Assembly (NCBI GenBank): GCA_027366155.1
Contig: DAHXKV010000055.1
Location: forward strand, 1-50,209
DNA from: Candidatus Micrarchaeota archaeon
Lineage (GTDB): Archaea; Micrarchaeota; Micrarchaeia; Micrarchaeales; CABMGC01
DNA: 50,209 nt
Reading direction: 5' to 3'
Part shown: positions 37,501-45,779 of the stretch, piece by piece
Position numbering within the stretch: position 1 is the stretch's first letter
Layout: each line of letters opens with the position of its first letter
The notes under the pieces: generated by a model
Database searches by the model: none
Told to the model about the DNA's origin: nothing
What the model saw: the letters and a program-made list of their open reading frames with translations, nothing else
Translations under genes and position numbers: made by a program

Positions 37501-37863
37501 GTCTATTATGCAAACGGTACCAAAGCAAATGTAGTAATATCTTCCTACTATTATCTGGGAACGATAGCCGGTCCAAGCAGCCAGACATATCTGGAGTTCC
37601 TAGAGATATACCTGCCGAACGGGCCTAACGACACAATAACCAATGCACCTACTGCGTTCTACAACTCCACTTACTACAAGGGCTTCTTCCTCGGCAGGCT
37701 AAACGGCTTCACGCTGGTATACCCTAAAAACTTCACCGGCATAAACATGGTGAACTCCACAAACACTGTAATGATACTTGAGGAAAACAACTACACCGGC
37801 GGAATGCCTTATGTAACACCGAAGCCTTCATGGATAAAAAACAATTATACCATACCTGGATGA
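34519..37863 (+). CDS. aglB: Oligosaccharyltransferase AglB (STT3 family) with a 204-aa N-terminal extension
   Basis: WWDYG lies at nt 36997-37011 and an EL1-type FEFDPYFDM motif follows the TM helix starting at aa 205. The protein is polytopic, and its C-terminal globular domain is rich in N-x-S/T. Confidence 0.85.
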   Translation: MSLYAVFIGFISIIVPGFFLSLALLKKTKLNIIEIAIIGFIFGMIFPPGMTWIEGYFINSIHFLAFSANLYQINVVILTIVGIILSAWQGAFGTDFLAKLNFSGTNGSRKHVTAAAEKHYELDSKITSLKIDEQLMLRHKAEEDEMQKRHSGELAMLKQKGAGSEELEKVRESHAEQERNLHREHEREESRVLAEKPKPQSTQIMHYLAWGLLLVLMLVAFSSRVSNISTAPRYFEFDPYFDMMSTAQILTYGYQLKLDHSAWPVYLNGSLIQQGSNAANGTIHRIQPLMPYLEAYWYEIANSPPPPGISQASTSGAVNTNLLSTVSSVYPPITAALLVFVVFMFLYHEYGDFPAIIGAAFATIMPTLITTFIAGEQLVEPWGIFALFFMVASYALAAQNPKEKRYAILAGIAFASNFLGAHYYNVTAAVLAFYILVQSIIDAATDRNSMDFYKMNALMLFVIILFYAVYAPYNATLTNRIPTILGIPTIVSFPLLALIVGVLAGILTDTLSFSSIPKNAKEILHKPLNLFGKNNRTVGRVFVIIALIIIAIVAILVTPIGKPIHDYISLAEHFTTPSTPLFMTVQEYLVTGPAFNFGSAGFGIIGASIGGFPLIIWIMLILFMIMTAYEIFLKGSRSAIFTLVMVLVLSAAGMSEVKYLPHFGVAYIIAIGVVIGELYMIVKSLSRDTVKNSTTLYTIGAGAIIIESTLLILSSGMLIGLAIIAVGIIISVIYSYLATNSSPTEANLSMYSTGMSALILGILVIISGASPLITTFTAHNMSCSNISKDNMVVADTMYCNQLTSQWLTATEWMRANIGPFAPRILSWWDYGDWINWFGNSNAVIRGDNAVATLDYAVAAHYVLGSSDGYNSTALGKFMDSTQAKYVLFDDQLVPKWSALDFLACVYANQTSKAYAISQGKPYGQSFLLGTSPCELSHDPAVIAIPAQPSINEYCQLPNKVTAISAISLVGMTVPSQLNQSFCVSPTQNANGVLNVYYANGTKANVVISSYYYLGTIAGPSSQTYLEFLEIYLPNGPNDTITNAPTAFYNSTYYKGFFLGRLNGFTLVYPKNFTGINMVNSTNTVMILEENNYTGGMPYVTPKPSWIKNNYTIPG

Positions 37864-37867
37864 AGCC

Positions 37868-39016
37868 ATGAAGCTCATTCTGATACAGCCTTACGTCTCC
37901 CTGAGAGGGGGATTCGAGAGGGTCATGCTCAAGATAGCCCAACATTACGGAGCCCCAATATACACGCTGGAATACAAGCCAAACTCAACCTTCCCGGAGT
38001 TTGGAGAAACTGAGGTCAAGGTAATAGGCAAGGACCTCCCCCTCGCAGACGCTCTGCCATACCGCGCGGCGCAGGGCCTGAAATACGGCTATAACTTCTA
38101 CAACCTCAAGATAAAGGAAGACTACGACGTGCTCAACCCCCACATCTCGCCTAGCGAATGGATCCGCCACAAGAATCCGGGTGTACTGTGGTACTGCCAC
38201 ACCCCTCCGAGGGAAGTCTATGACTTATACGAGGCAAGGATGAAGTACCGCTCATACAAGGAAAAGTTCCTCTACTCTGCAATGACAAAGACGTACAAAC
38301 TAATCTCCGGCAGGGTAATAAAAAGGATAGAGGGCATAGCCACAAACAGCACAAACACAAAAAACCGCATAAAAAAATATTTCGGCGCAGGCTCGACAGT
38401 CATAAATCCCGGAATCGAATACGGGAACTTCTCGAACAAAGGCGACGGCAAATATTTCCTCTATCCTTCTAGGATAACAAACACAAAGCGCCAGGACTAC
38501 GTGATAAACGCATTCAAAAAGTTTGAAAAGGGAGAGAAAAAGCACAAGCTGATAATAGCCGGCACGCTCTCCCCGGATCCGGAGCATCAGGCCTATTACG
38601 AAAAACTGGTCAAGATGGCCTCAGGCAGCAATATAGAGATAATAAAAAACATAAATGATAAGAAACTGTCTTCACTCTATGCAAACTCGACTGCCGTTCT
38701 GTTTGCCGCAATAAACGAAGACTACGGCTTCGTGCCGCTTGAGGCTATGGCGAGCTCAAAGCCCGTAATCTCGGTCAATGAAGGAGGGCCTACAGAGACC
38801 ATACTGGAAGGCAAGACCGGCTTCCTTGTAAATTCACCGGAGGAAATGGCTGAAAGGATGGCTTACCTTGCAGAGCATCCTTCAGACGCGGAGGCCATAG
38901 GCAAGAAAGGGCGCAGAAGGGTCGAGGAGAACTACTCCTGGAAAAGCTTCTTCAAGAAATTTGACAAGGCACTGGAGAGCACAATAAAGAAGAAAGACGA
39001 GCAAACCACGGAATAA
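37868..39016 (+). CDS. GT4-family (GT-B) glycosyltransferase
   Basis: It has the E-x7-E motif EDYGFVPLEAMASSKPVIS and GGPTETI. It starts 4 nt after the aglB stop. Confidence 0.8.
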   Translation: MKLILIQPYVSLRGGFERVMLKIAQHYGAPIYTLEYKPNSTFPEFGETEVKVIGKDLPLADALPYRAAQGLKYGYNFYNLKIKEDYDVLNPHISPSEWIRHKNPGVLWYCHTPPREVYDLYEARMKYRSYKEKFLYSAMTKTYKLISGRVIKRIEGIATNSTNTKNRIKKYFGAGSTVINPGIEYGNFSNKGDGKYFLYPSRITNTKRQDYVINAFKKFEKGEKKHKLIIAGTLSPDPEHQAYYEKLVKMASGSNIEIIKNINDKKLSSLYANSTAVLFAAINEDYGFVPLEAMASSKPVISVNEGGPTETILEGKTGFLVNSPEEMAERMAYLAEHPSDAEAIGKKGRRRVEENYSWKSFFKKFDKALESTIKKKDEQTTE

Positions 39017-39052
39017 GGAAACATAAACGCCAAAGAAGCTTCTGCCGTAACC

Positions 39053-39059
39053 TTTTTTT
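39053..39059 (+). terminator. T7 tract, a candidate archaeal terminator after the aglB-GT4 pair
   Basis: TTTTTTT lies 37 nt after the GT4 stop codon. Confidence 0.4.
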
Positions 39060-39135
39060 CAAAGCGCTGGGGCCTTAACTGCAAGGGCCGGCAAACCATT
39101 CAGACAGGCGCTGCTTTCAGCAACGCATTATATGT

Positions 39136-39516
39136 CTAATAAAAAGGCCTCTGCCCTCCTGCAGCAGCCCCTCTGTCGGTACTGTAGCTACGGCTGCGTG
39201 CAAGCTCGATAAACGCCCTTCTTGCTGTTTCAGTGCCCTCCTTTGTAAGTGAGAGAGGCTTCCCTGCCTCTCCCCTGCCCCGTTCTGCAAAGTCCAGTAT
39301 GCCTTTCCCCTTAAGCTTCTTGAGCGTGTACCATATCCCGCTCTGGGAGATTCCATGCCTCTCGCTTATGTACTCGACAAAACTCGTCGCCGTGGGCACG
39401 TCCTCCAGCCCTATCTCTGATATTATCATCAGTTCCTTAGTGCTTATCTCTACCCCCGGCTTCCTAACCGGGAGTCCTCTAACTATTGTTCTTGCCGCTT
39501 GCACATGCATCACCAA
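39136..39516 (-). CDS. Winged helix-turn-helix transcriptional regulator (MarR/ArsR-like)
   Basis: The sequence FVEYISERHGISQSGIWYTLKKLKGKGILDFAERGRGEAGKPLSLTKEG has the HTH-plus-wing pattern. Confidence 0.55.
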   Translation of the reverse strand: MVMHVQAARTIVRGLPVRKPGVEISTKELMIISEIGLEDVPTATSFVEYISERHGISQSGIWYTLKKLKGKGILDFAERGRGEAGKPLSLTKEGTETARRAFIELARSRSYSTDRGAAAGGQRPFY

Positions 39517-39678
39517 AAAAGAGATTTATGCAGCGCAAGCAGCTGGAGGATAAATACCGGAGACATTCTTCAATATCGCTATCGCTGCCATGGCTGTATT
39601 AAAATTAAGCCTATGCCAGACAGCTTCCAAGCGCATTTTTCCACTCATCCTGCTACATATTGAAAGTGCAGCAATTAC

Positions 39679-39688
39679 TATTTAAACC
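39679..39688 (+). promoter_or_regulatory. TATA box for the prepilin peptidase gene
   Basis: TATTTAAACC lies about 30 nt upstream of the ATG at 39715. Confidence 0.45.
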
Positions 39689-39714
39689 TTTTCTTCAAAG
39701 TCTAAAAAGATTAG

Positions 39715-40584
39715 ATGCTTCCCTTCCTGCTTTACGCAAGGCTCTCCGTACTCATGGTAATAGCAATCGCCTATGCAGCCTTCGACGTCTTCAATAAGAG
39801 AAATGTGCCTGACATATTTGCCTACGCTGCACTGGCAGTGGCCTTCCTCCTTACATTTACATATGGCACAAGGACAATGGAAATAAGCCTGCTGATTGCC
39901 GCAATAATAATAGCTTTGGGATATGTAGTATACAAAAGGGGAGTAATGGGGGCCGGCGACTTCCTGGAATTTGCCACTATAAGCCTTATCCTCCCGATAC
40001 AACCCGCTGCAATGCTCAGCGCCGTCCCGCAGATGGGCTTTCCATTCATCTTTTCGGTGCTAATATCCACGGGCTACACGGCAGTAATATCAATGATGGC
40101 CTACTATCTTGCAAAAGCCTCAATCAAGGGTAAGATACACTTATCAAGGATCAGGAAAGGAAGCCTGCGTGCCGGCGCGCTCTTGCTACTTGCCTATCTC
40201 GCCATGCTTGTAGTGATCTCATATTTCGCCGGATTCAGGCTAATACCATCATTCCTCATCCTTTCCATAGGCATCGCCTCATCGATCACTGTAGTATTCG
40301 AGAAGGAGCTCAACGCGCAGATGATATCATACGCATATCCAAGCGAGCTACACCCAGAAGACATGATAGCTACAAACCTAATGAGCCCTGCTGAAAAGGC
40401 CTACTTCATGAAGAAATCAAAGCACTTCGGCAGGCTCGTCACAAAGCCCCTCCTTAAGGACATACGCGATGCAAGGAGAAAGGTGCCCCTCTATACTAGC
40501 GGAGTACCGCTTGCGCTCTTCGCGCTCCTGGGAATTATAATCTCCCTCGCGTTCGGCAACATACTTCTTTACATACTCCTCTAA
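39715..40584 (+). CDS. A24-family prepilin/preflagellin signal peptidase
   Basis: It is polytopic, with the two catalytic Asp contexts AAFDVFNKRNVPD and GVMGAGDFLEF (GxGD). Confidence 0.7.
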   Translation: MLPFLLYARLSVLMVIAIAYAAFDVFNKRNVPDIFAYAALAVAFLLTFTYGTRTMEISLLIAAIIIALGYVVYKRGVMGAGDFLEFATISLILPIQPAAMLSAVPQMGFPFIFSVLISTGYTAVISMMAYYLAKASIKGKIHLSRIRKGSLRAGALLLLAYLAMLVVISYFAGFRLIPSFLILSIGIASSITVVFEKELNAQMISYAYPSELHPEDMIATNLMSPAEKAYFMKKSKHFGRLVTKPLLKDIRDARRKVPLYTSGVPLALFALLGIIISLAFGNILLYILL

Positions 40585-40602
40585 ACTGCCTAACGGCACC
40601 AA

Positions 40603-40610
40603 TTTATAAT
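40603..40610 (+). promoter_or_regulatory. TATA box for the Mre11-like gene
   Basis: TTTATAAT lies about 30 nt upstream of the ATG at 40639. Confidence 0.4.
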
Positions 40611-40638
40611 GCTGAGTTGCGGAATACTCCTGGATAAT

Positions 40639-41847
40639 ATGAAAATCGCGATCTTATCCGACCTCCATCTGGGCTACGAGCGCTTCCGCGAAGACGCACT
40701 CTCGCAGGCGAGCGAGGCGCTCTACGCAGCCGCAGAATCCGCAGACGCAATCCTGATCGCCGGCGACATATTTGACTACAGGCATCCGAAGCCTGAGATC
40801 ATGGCCGAAGCAATCTCTCTTTTCCGCCCTCTCCTCGCCAAAACGTTCAGTGCACGGGTTTCCGAATTTTCCGGAAGGGGAAAGGCATACACCGAGATCC
40901 CCATCATTGCAATCCCCGGAACCCATGAAAGAAGGACTGACGGGGAGATAGACCCAATAGACGTGCTGAACCTCGCCGGCGTGCTTGTGAATGCAAACCA
41001 GGCGTCAGTGACTATAGAAAAAGGGGAAGAAAAAATCTTGGTATATGGGATAGGCGGAACAGCGGAGGAGCGCTTCAGGGAAACGCTGTCACGGCTTACT
41101 CCAAGGCCACGCACCGGGGTATTCAGCATCTTTCTCTTCCACCAGTCCGTATTCGAGTTTCTTCCGTTCAGCAAGGATTTCATAAAGCTCGAGGAGCTTC
41201 CCGAAAACTTCGACCTTTACGTAGATGGCCACATACATTCCAGGATCGAGGCAAAATGCCACGGACGGGATTTCCTGATACCTGGCAGCACTGTCCTGAC
41301 CCAGCTCAAGGAAGGCGAGCAGGAACCAAAAGGCTTTTTCATTTATGATACACTGGGGAGAAACTATGAGTTCAGGAGAATAAACTCCAGAAAGTTCTCG
41401 ATGGTGCGCATAGATGTAAGTGGCATGACCTCTTCGGAGGCATCTGCGACCATACGCAGGGAGATAACAAAAACAGCCCCAAGAGAAAAGGGAGAAAAGC
41501 CGGTAATACGCGTGGTGCTGGAGGGAAGGCTGAAGGAAGGCTCAAAAAGCATAGACCTCGGGATCAGTGAGCTTGTAGAAGAGAACTCCTCCTCCGCAAT
41601 AATCGAGGTAAGCAAGGCGAGCATGGATTCTCCGGTCTCCAAAAATGCTGAAGACCTACGGAAAGGCACGCTTGAGAACCTCTCAATCGGCGACTACGGG
41701 CTCTCAATATTCCTAGAAAAACTCTCGAAGAGCGGATATAACCTCGACATCAACCCATCGGAGCTTTTCATGATCCTCAGCGCCGAAGGGCCTAAAGACG
41801 CGATAGTAAAATCAGTTACCGAAAGAATACTCTCAAAAGGACTCTGA
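40639..41847 (+). CDS. Mre11/SbcD-like metallophosphoesterase nuclease
   Basis: The phosphoesterase motifs are ILSDLHLG, IAGDIFD, PGTHER (in place of GNHD/E), FLFHQ and VDGHIHS. A TATA box at 40603-40610 favours the ATG at 40639 over 40609. Confidence 0.65.
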   Translation: MKIAILSDLHLGYERFREDALSQASEALYAAAESADAILIAGDIFDYRHPKPEIMAEAISLFRPLLAKTFSARVSEFSGRGKAYTEIPIIAIPGTHERRTDGEIDPIDVLNLAGVLVNANQASVTIEKGEEKILVYGIGGTAEERFRETLSRLTPRPRTGVFSIFLFHQSVFEFLPFSKDFIKLEELPENFDLYVDGHIHSRIEAKCHGRDFLIPGSTVLTQLKEGEQEPKGFFIYDTLGRNYEFRRINSRKFSMVRIDVSGMTSSEASATIRREITKTAPREKGEKPVIRVVLEGRLKEGSKSIDLGISELVEENSSSAIIEVSKASMDSPVSKNAEDLRKGTLENLSIGDYGLSIFLEKLSKSGYNLDINPSELFMILSAEGPKDAIVKSVTERILSKGL

Positions 41848-41888
41848 GGATGCGCTCATGCATCCAACAGACAGCGCAGATCGAGAAT

Positions 41889-41961
41889 TAGCCCCAACCG
41901 GATTCGAACCGGTGTTTGCGGGTCCAAAGCCCGCCGTCCTTGGCCGCTGGACGATGGGGCT
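41889..41961 (-). tRNA. tRNA-Gln (anticodon UUG)
   Basis: I folded the cloverleaf by hand on the minus strand. The acceptor stem is AGCCCCA/TGGGGCT, the D stem GTCC/GGAC, the anticodon stem GCGGG/CCCGC with loop CTTTGGA, and the T arm ACCGG-TTCGAAT-CCGGT. The discriminator is A, and there is no encoded CCA and no intron. Confidence 0.9.
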
Positions 41962-41971
41962 CCGAGCATTA

Positions 41972-43393
41972 TCAATAGGATCTTGCAAAATTGGCCATCT
42001 TAACTGCCTTTTTGCCGCAGAGAATGCACACACCCCCAAGCCTGCTCTGGTCGAACGGAATATTGGTTATCTTCGCGCCTGTTTCTTCCTTTATCCTGTC
42101 TTCGCATTCCGTGCTGCCACACCATGGCGCATGAAGCATGCCCTTCTTCTCTGAGAGTACGCCCTTGAACTGCTCGTAGCCATGCACCTCATGTATGCTC
42201 TCCTTCAGGTGCTTTTCGGCTTTTTCATAAAGCCTCTTCTGAATCAGGCTCAACGCATCGGCGCATCCTCTCTCAAGTTCCTCGAATTGCAGTGCCTCCC
42301 TCTTGCCGGTGTCCCTGCATGCAATTGTGACACTCTCGGAGGAAGATTCCCGCTCCCCTATCTCTATCCTTAGCGGAACGCCACGGAGCTCCCATTCGCT
42401 GAACTTACTGCCTGGCGAGTATCCTTCCCTGTCATCTATCTTTGCCCTAAAGCTCTCCTTGAGCTTTGAGAGCACGCGCCCGGCGTAGCCGACCACCTGC
42501 TCCCTGTTCTCTTTTTTGTATATAGGTATTACTATTATCTGCACGTATGCGACCTTTGGCGGCAATATAAGCCCCTTGTCATCTCCATGCGTTGCAACCA
42601 TCACTCCGAGCTCTCTTGTTGAGACTGCATAGGTATTCTGCCATGCATACTCCTTGCTGCCTTCCTTGGAAAGAAACTGTATCTCAAAGGCCCGGGCGAA
42701 GTTCTGTCCATCCAGATGGAAATCAGGCCCCTGTATGGCCCATCCGTCAGGCATTACATGCTCCACGCTGAAGCTTGCCACTGCCCCTGCAAACTTCTCC
42801 TTCTCACTCTTTCTGCCCGGTATTCCAGGCAGTGCAAGGTACTCTGCAAGCATTCTCGTGTATATGCCAAGCACTGCGTCGCGCTCCCTGTATGCTTCTT
42901 CCTCGCTTGCGAATACCGTATGCCCCTCATTCCAAAGGAACTCTCTTGACCTTATAAATGGCGTCGGATGCTTGAATTCCCACCTCACCACACTGTTCCA
43001 CTGGTTGTATCTCATCGGGAGGTCTCTCCATGACCTAATCCACTTCGAGTAGCTTGGGTACATTATTGTTTCGGATGTGGGGCGTACCGCAAGCCTCTCC
43101 GAGAATTCGGTGTCTCCCGCTCCTGTAACCCATGCAACTTCTGGAGCAAAGCCCTCTACGTGTTCTTTTTCCTTGGAAAGAAACTTCTCAGGTATCAGCA
43201 TGGGAAAATAGACGTTCTCGATTCCATCTTTCTTGAATTCGGAGTCAACCGCCCTGCTGAAGATCTCCCATGCTCCGTATGCGGCGGGCCTGAAGGCAAG
43301 GCATCCTGAAACCTCTGTGTAATCGACAAAACCTGACTTAATCAACACTTCCTGGTACCATTCCGAAAAATCAGCGGCCTTAGATGCCGTCAT
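41972..43393 (-). CDS. proS: Prolyl-tRNA synthetase (archaeal/eukaryotic type with a C-terminal zinc domain)
   Basis: It has a class-II core (FAPEVAWVT, RPTSET, RWEFKHPTPFIRSREFLWNEGHT). The C-terminal HAPWCGSTECEDRIKEETGAKI...CILCGKKA ends in the conserved Tyr. The start is taken at the ATG at 43393. Confidence 0.9.
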   Translation of the reverse strand: MTASKAADFSEWYQEVLIKSGFVDYTEVSGCLAFRPAAYGAWEIFSRAVDSEFKKDGIENVYFPMLIPEKFLSKEKEHVEGFAPEVAWVTGAGDTEFSERLAVRPTSETIMYPSYSKWIRSWRDLPMRYNQWNSVVRWEFKHPTPFIRSREFLWNEGHTVFASEEEAYRERDAVLGIYTRMLAEYLALPGIPGRKSEKEKFAGAVASFSVEHVMPDGWAIQGPDFHLDGQNFARAFEIQFLSKEGSKEYAWQNTYAVSTRELGVMVATHGDDKGLILPPKVAYVQIIVIPIYKKENREQVVGYAGRVLSKLKESFRAKIDDREGYSPGSKFSEWELRGVPLRIEIGERESSSESVTIACRDTGKREALQFEELERGCADALSLIQKRLYEKAEKHLKESIHEVHGYEQFKGVLSEKKGMLHAPWCGSTECEDRIKEETGAKITNIPFDQSRLGGVCILCGKKAVKMANFARSY

Positions 43394-43536
43394 TCCCGAT
43401 CCATTCTCCTCAGCCAAAAAACAACCCCGCAACAACCTAAATTAATCTCGTTAAAGGTATTTATACACTTTCCTGGGCTGGAAAACCAAGACCGCGCAAA
43501 TGGATAAAGACAGGTTTTATAAATTAGATTAGACAT

Positions 43537-44118
43537 ATGGAATACATGGAGGCAATAGTTTTGTCTGGGATGCCAGCCGCCGGCAAGACTACTGTAGCGG
43601 AAATAATAAGCAAGAGGAAGAACTTCAAGGTACTGGGCGGTGGAGACATACTCAAGGAGATGGCCGAGTCCAGGGGCTATAAGGTAACCGGCAAGGACTG
43701 GTGGGACACAGAGGAAGGTGCGAAATTCCTCAAGGAGCGCGAAACAAACCCGAATTTTGACAAGGAAGTCGACAAGCGCATGCGGGAGAAGATACTTTCG
43801 GGCAACATAGTTGTCACGAGCTACACCGCACCGTGGATAACTGATGCGGGTTTCAAGGTATGGCTGGAAGGAAGCGAAAAAAGGAGGACGGAGCGGATGG
43901 CCAAGCGGGACGGCACCGCAGTATCGGAGATGCGCGAGGTTATAAAATTCAGGGACATGGAAAACAAGAAGCTATATAAAGTTCTTTACAATATAGACTA
44001 CGGAGAAGACAAGAAGCCGTTCGATCTTATAGTAAATACGAACGAAATCCTTCCGGAAGCGGTTGCTGATATAATACTTAAAAAATACGAAGAGCACACC
44101 AAAACAAAAGGCGAATAA
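43537..44118 (+). CDS. cmk: Cytidylate kinase, archaeal type
   Basis: It has the P-loop SGMPAAGKTTVAE and FDLIVNT. Its position immediately upstream of rpl14e is typical for archaeal cmk. Confidence 0.75.
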   Translation: MEYMEAIVLSGMPAAGKTTVAEIISKRKNFKVLGGGDILKEMAESRGYKVTGKDWWDTEEGAKFLKERETNPNFDKEVDKRMREKILSGNIVVTSYTAPWITDAGFKVWLEGSEKRRTERMAKRDGTAVSEMREVIKFRDMENKKLYKVLYNIDYGEDKKPFDLIVNTNEILPEAVADIILKKYEEHTKTKGE

Positions 44119-44379
44119 ATGGCATTGATAGAACAGGGACGGATTTGCATAAAGAAATTTGGAAGAGACGCGGGCGACAAGGCAGTCATAACCAAGGTCC
44201 TCGAAGGCAATTTTGTAGAAGTAATGACGCATACACGGCCAAAGCCAAGGAAGGCAAACATACGCCATCTCGAGTTCCTCCCTGAAAAGATAGACCCTAG
44301 CGACACCGCAGCAATAAACGCGGCTCTTGAAATAAAGGCCGAGAAGCCAGCCCCAAAACACACGGCTGCCAAGAGATAA
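44119..44379 (+). CDS. rpl14e: Ribosomal protein L14e (KOW)
   Basis: The sequence is GRICIKKFGRDAGDKAVITKVLEGNFVEV...RKANIRHLEFL. It starts on the nucleotide after the cmk stop. Confidence 0.8.
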   Translation: MALIEQGRICIKKFGRDAGDKAVITKVLEGNFVEVMTHTRPKPRKANIRHLEFLPEKIDPSDTAAINAALEIKAEKPAPKHTAAKR

Positions 44380-44438
44380 ATACGGAACTGCACGGACCGC
44401 TAAGGCAAGATTAATAATATAGCGGTCTTCATCTAATC

Positions 44439-45779
44439 ATGGCAAACATTCCAGGGAAAAATGCCATTGAGATAATACGGCGTGACAAGCGCGTAATGCT
44501 CACCACCTCGAGAGATGACATACCTTTTGTGGCCGACCATGGCTCAGGGGACTACGCATACGACGTAGATGGAAATCGATTCATAGACTTCTCGAGCTTC
44601 ATATCTGTATACAATATGGGCGTAAACGCCAACAAGGAAATAAGGGAAGCTGCAAAGAAGCAGATAGACCGGCTCATCCACCCAGCATTCACTGATTATT
44701 ATTCCGAACTTCCAGTTGCCTTCGCCGAGAGGCTGCTCGATCAGATGCCAAGCGGATTTGGCCGCGTCTTCTACTCAAACTCGGGCACAGAGGCAAATGA
44801 GGCCGCTCTAAAGTTCGCCAGGCTCTTCACAAAAAGACAGTATGCTCTCTCATTTTACGGCGCCTTCCATGGGAGGACAATGGGCTCGCTCTCGCTCACC
44901 GCATCTAAATCTGTGCAGAGGGAGCATTTCGGCCCATTCCCAAACGTCATCCACGCGCCTTATGCCTACTGCTACCGCTGCCCCTTTGGAAAAGAGTATC
45001 CCGGATGCGGAATGGAGTGTGTTGAATACATAAAGAAGACGGTGCTGGCAAAAGAAGCCTCGCCGAAGGAATTTTCATCAATATTCATCGAGCCTGTCCA
45101 GGGCGAAGGGGGATACATAGTACCGCCGAAGGAGTTTGTCCGTGGCATAAGGGAAATATCAGAAGACAATGGGATACTGCTTGTCTCGGATGAGGTCCAG
45201 TCTGGCTACATGCGCACCGGCAAATTCCTGGCCACTGACAATTTTGGAGTAAAATCCGATATCTACACAATGGCAAAGTCCATTGCAGGCGGGCTTCCGA
45301 TGGGCGTTACGTTGACAAGGAGCTCACTCGGTGACATACCTCCTGGTTCGCATGCCAACACCTTTGGCGGAAATCTTGTGGCGATAGCAGCTGCAAATGC
45401 CTCCCTTGCGTATCTTTCAAGGAACATGAGATCCCTTACCAAAGGAACTATGGATAAGGGCAAACGTATGAAGAAGGAACTGGATGCGCTATACGAACGC
45501 AATGAGATAATTGGCGATGTACGCGGAATAGGCATGATGGTGGGCGTGGAGTTTGTCCGCGACAGGAAGACAAAAGAGCCAGCCAGAAAGGAGAGGGACT
45601 GGATAATAGCCGAGTCTTTCAGGAAAGGCCTGCTTCTGCTTCCTGCAGGCGAATCCACAATAAGGCTCATACCCCCGCTTACCATATCTACAAAGTCCCT
45701 TGACGCGGGGCTTGAGATTTTCGGAAATGTGGTAAAGGAGGCAAACGCATCGCTAAAGAGCGGTAGGAAATCAGGCTGA
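44439..45779 (+). CDS. Class-III PLP-dependent aminotransferase (acetylornithine/4-aminobutyrate type)
   Basis: The motifs are SNSGTEANEAALKFAR, LLVSDEVQSGYMRTGK, and the PLP-Lys context TMAKSIAGG. Confidence 0.85.
   Translation: MANIPGKNAIEIIRRDKRVMLTTSRDDIPFVADHGSGDYAYDVDGNRFIDFSSFISVYNMGVNANKEIREAAKKQIDRLIHPAFTDYYSELPVAFAERLLDQMPSGFGRVFYSNSGTEANEAALKFARLFTKRQYALSFYGAFHGRTMGSLSLTASKSVQREHFGPFPNVIHAPYAYCYRCPFGKEYPGCGMECVEYIKKTVLAKEASPKEFSSIFIEPVQGEGGYIVPPKEFVRGIREISEDNGILLVSDEVQSGYMRTGKFLATDNFGVKSDIYTMAKSIAGGLPMGVTLTRSSLGDIPPGSHANTFGGNLVAIAAANASLAYLSRNMRSLTKGTMDKGKRMKKELDALYERNEIIGDVRGIGMMVGVEFVRDRKTKEPARKERDWIIAESFRKGLLLLPAGESTIRLIPPLTISTKSLDAGLEIFGNVVKEANASLKSGRKSG

Noticed and set aside
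41858-42154. A 98-aa + strand ORF covering the tRNA-Gln locus.
   Set aside because: It is antisense to a well-folded tRNA and to the 3' end of proS. The translation is unremarkable.
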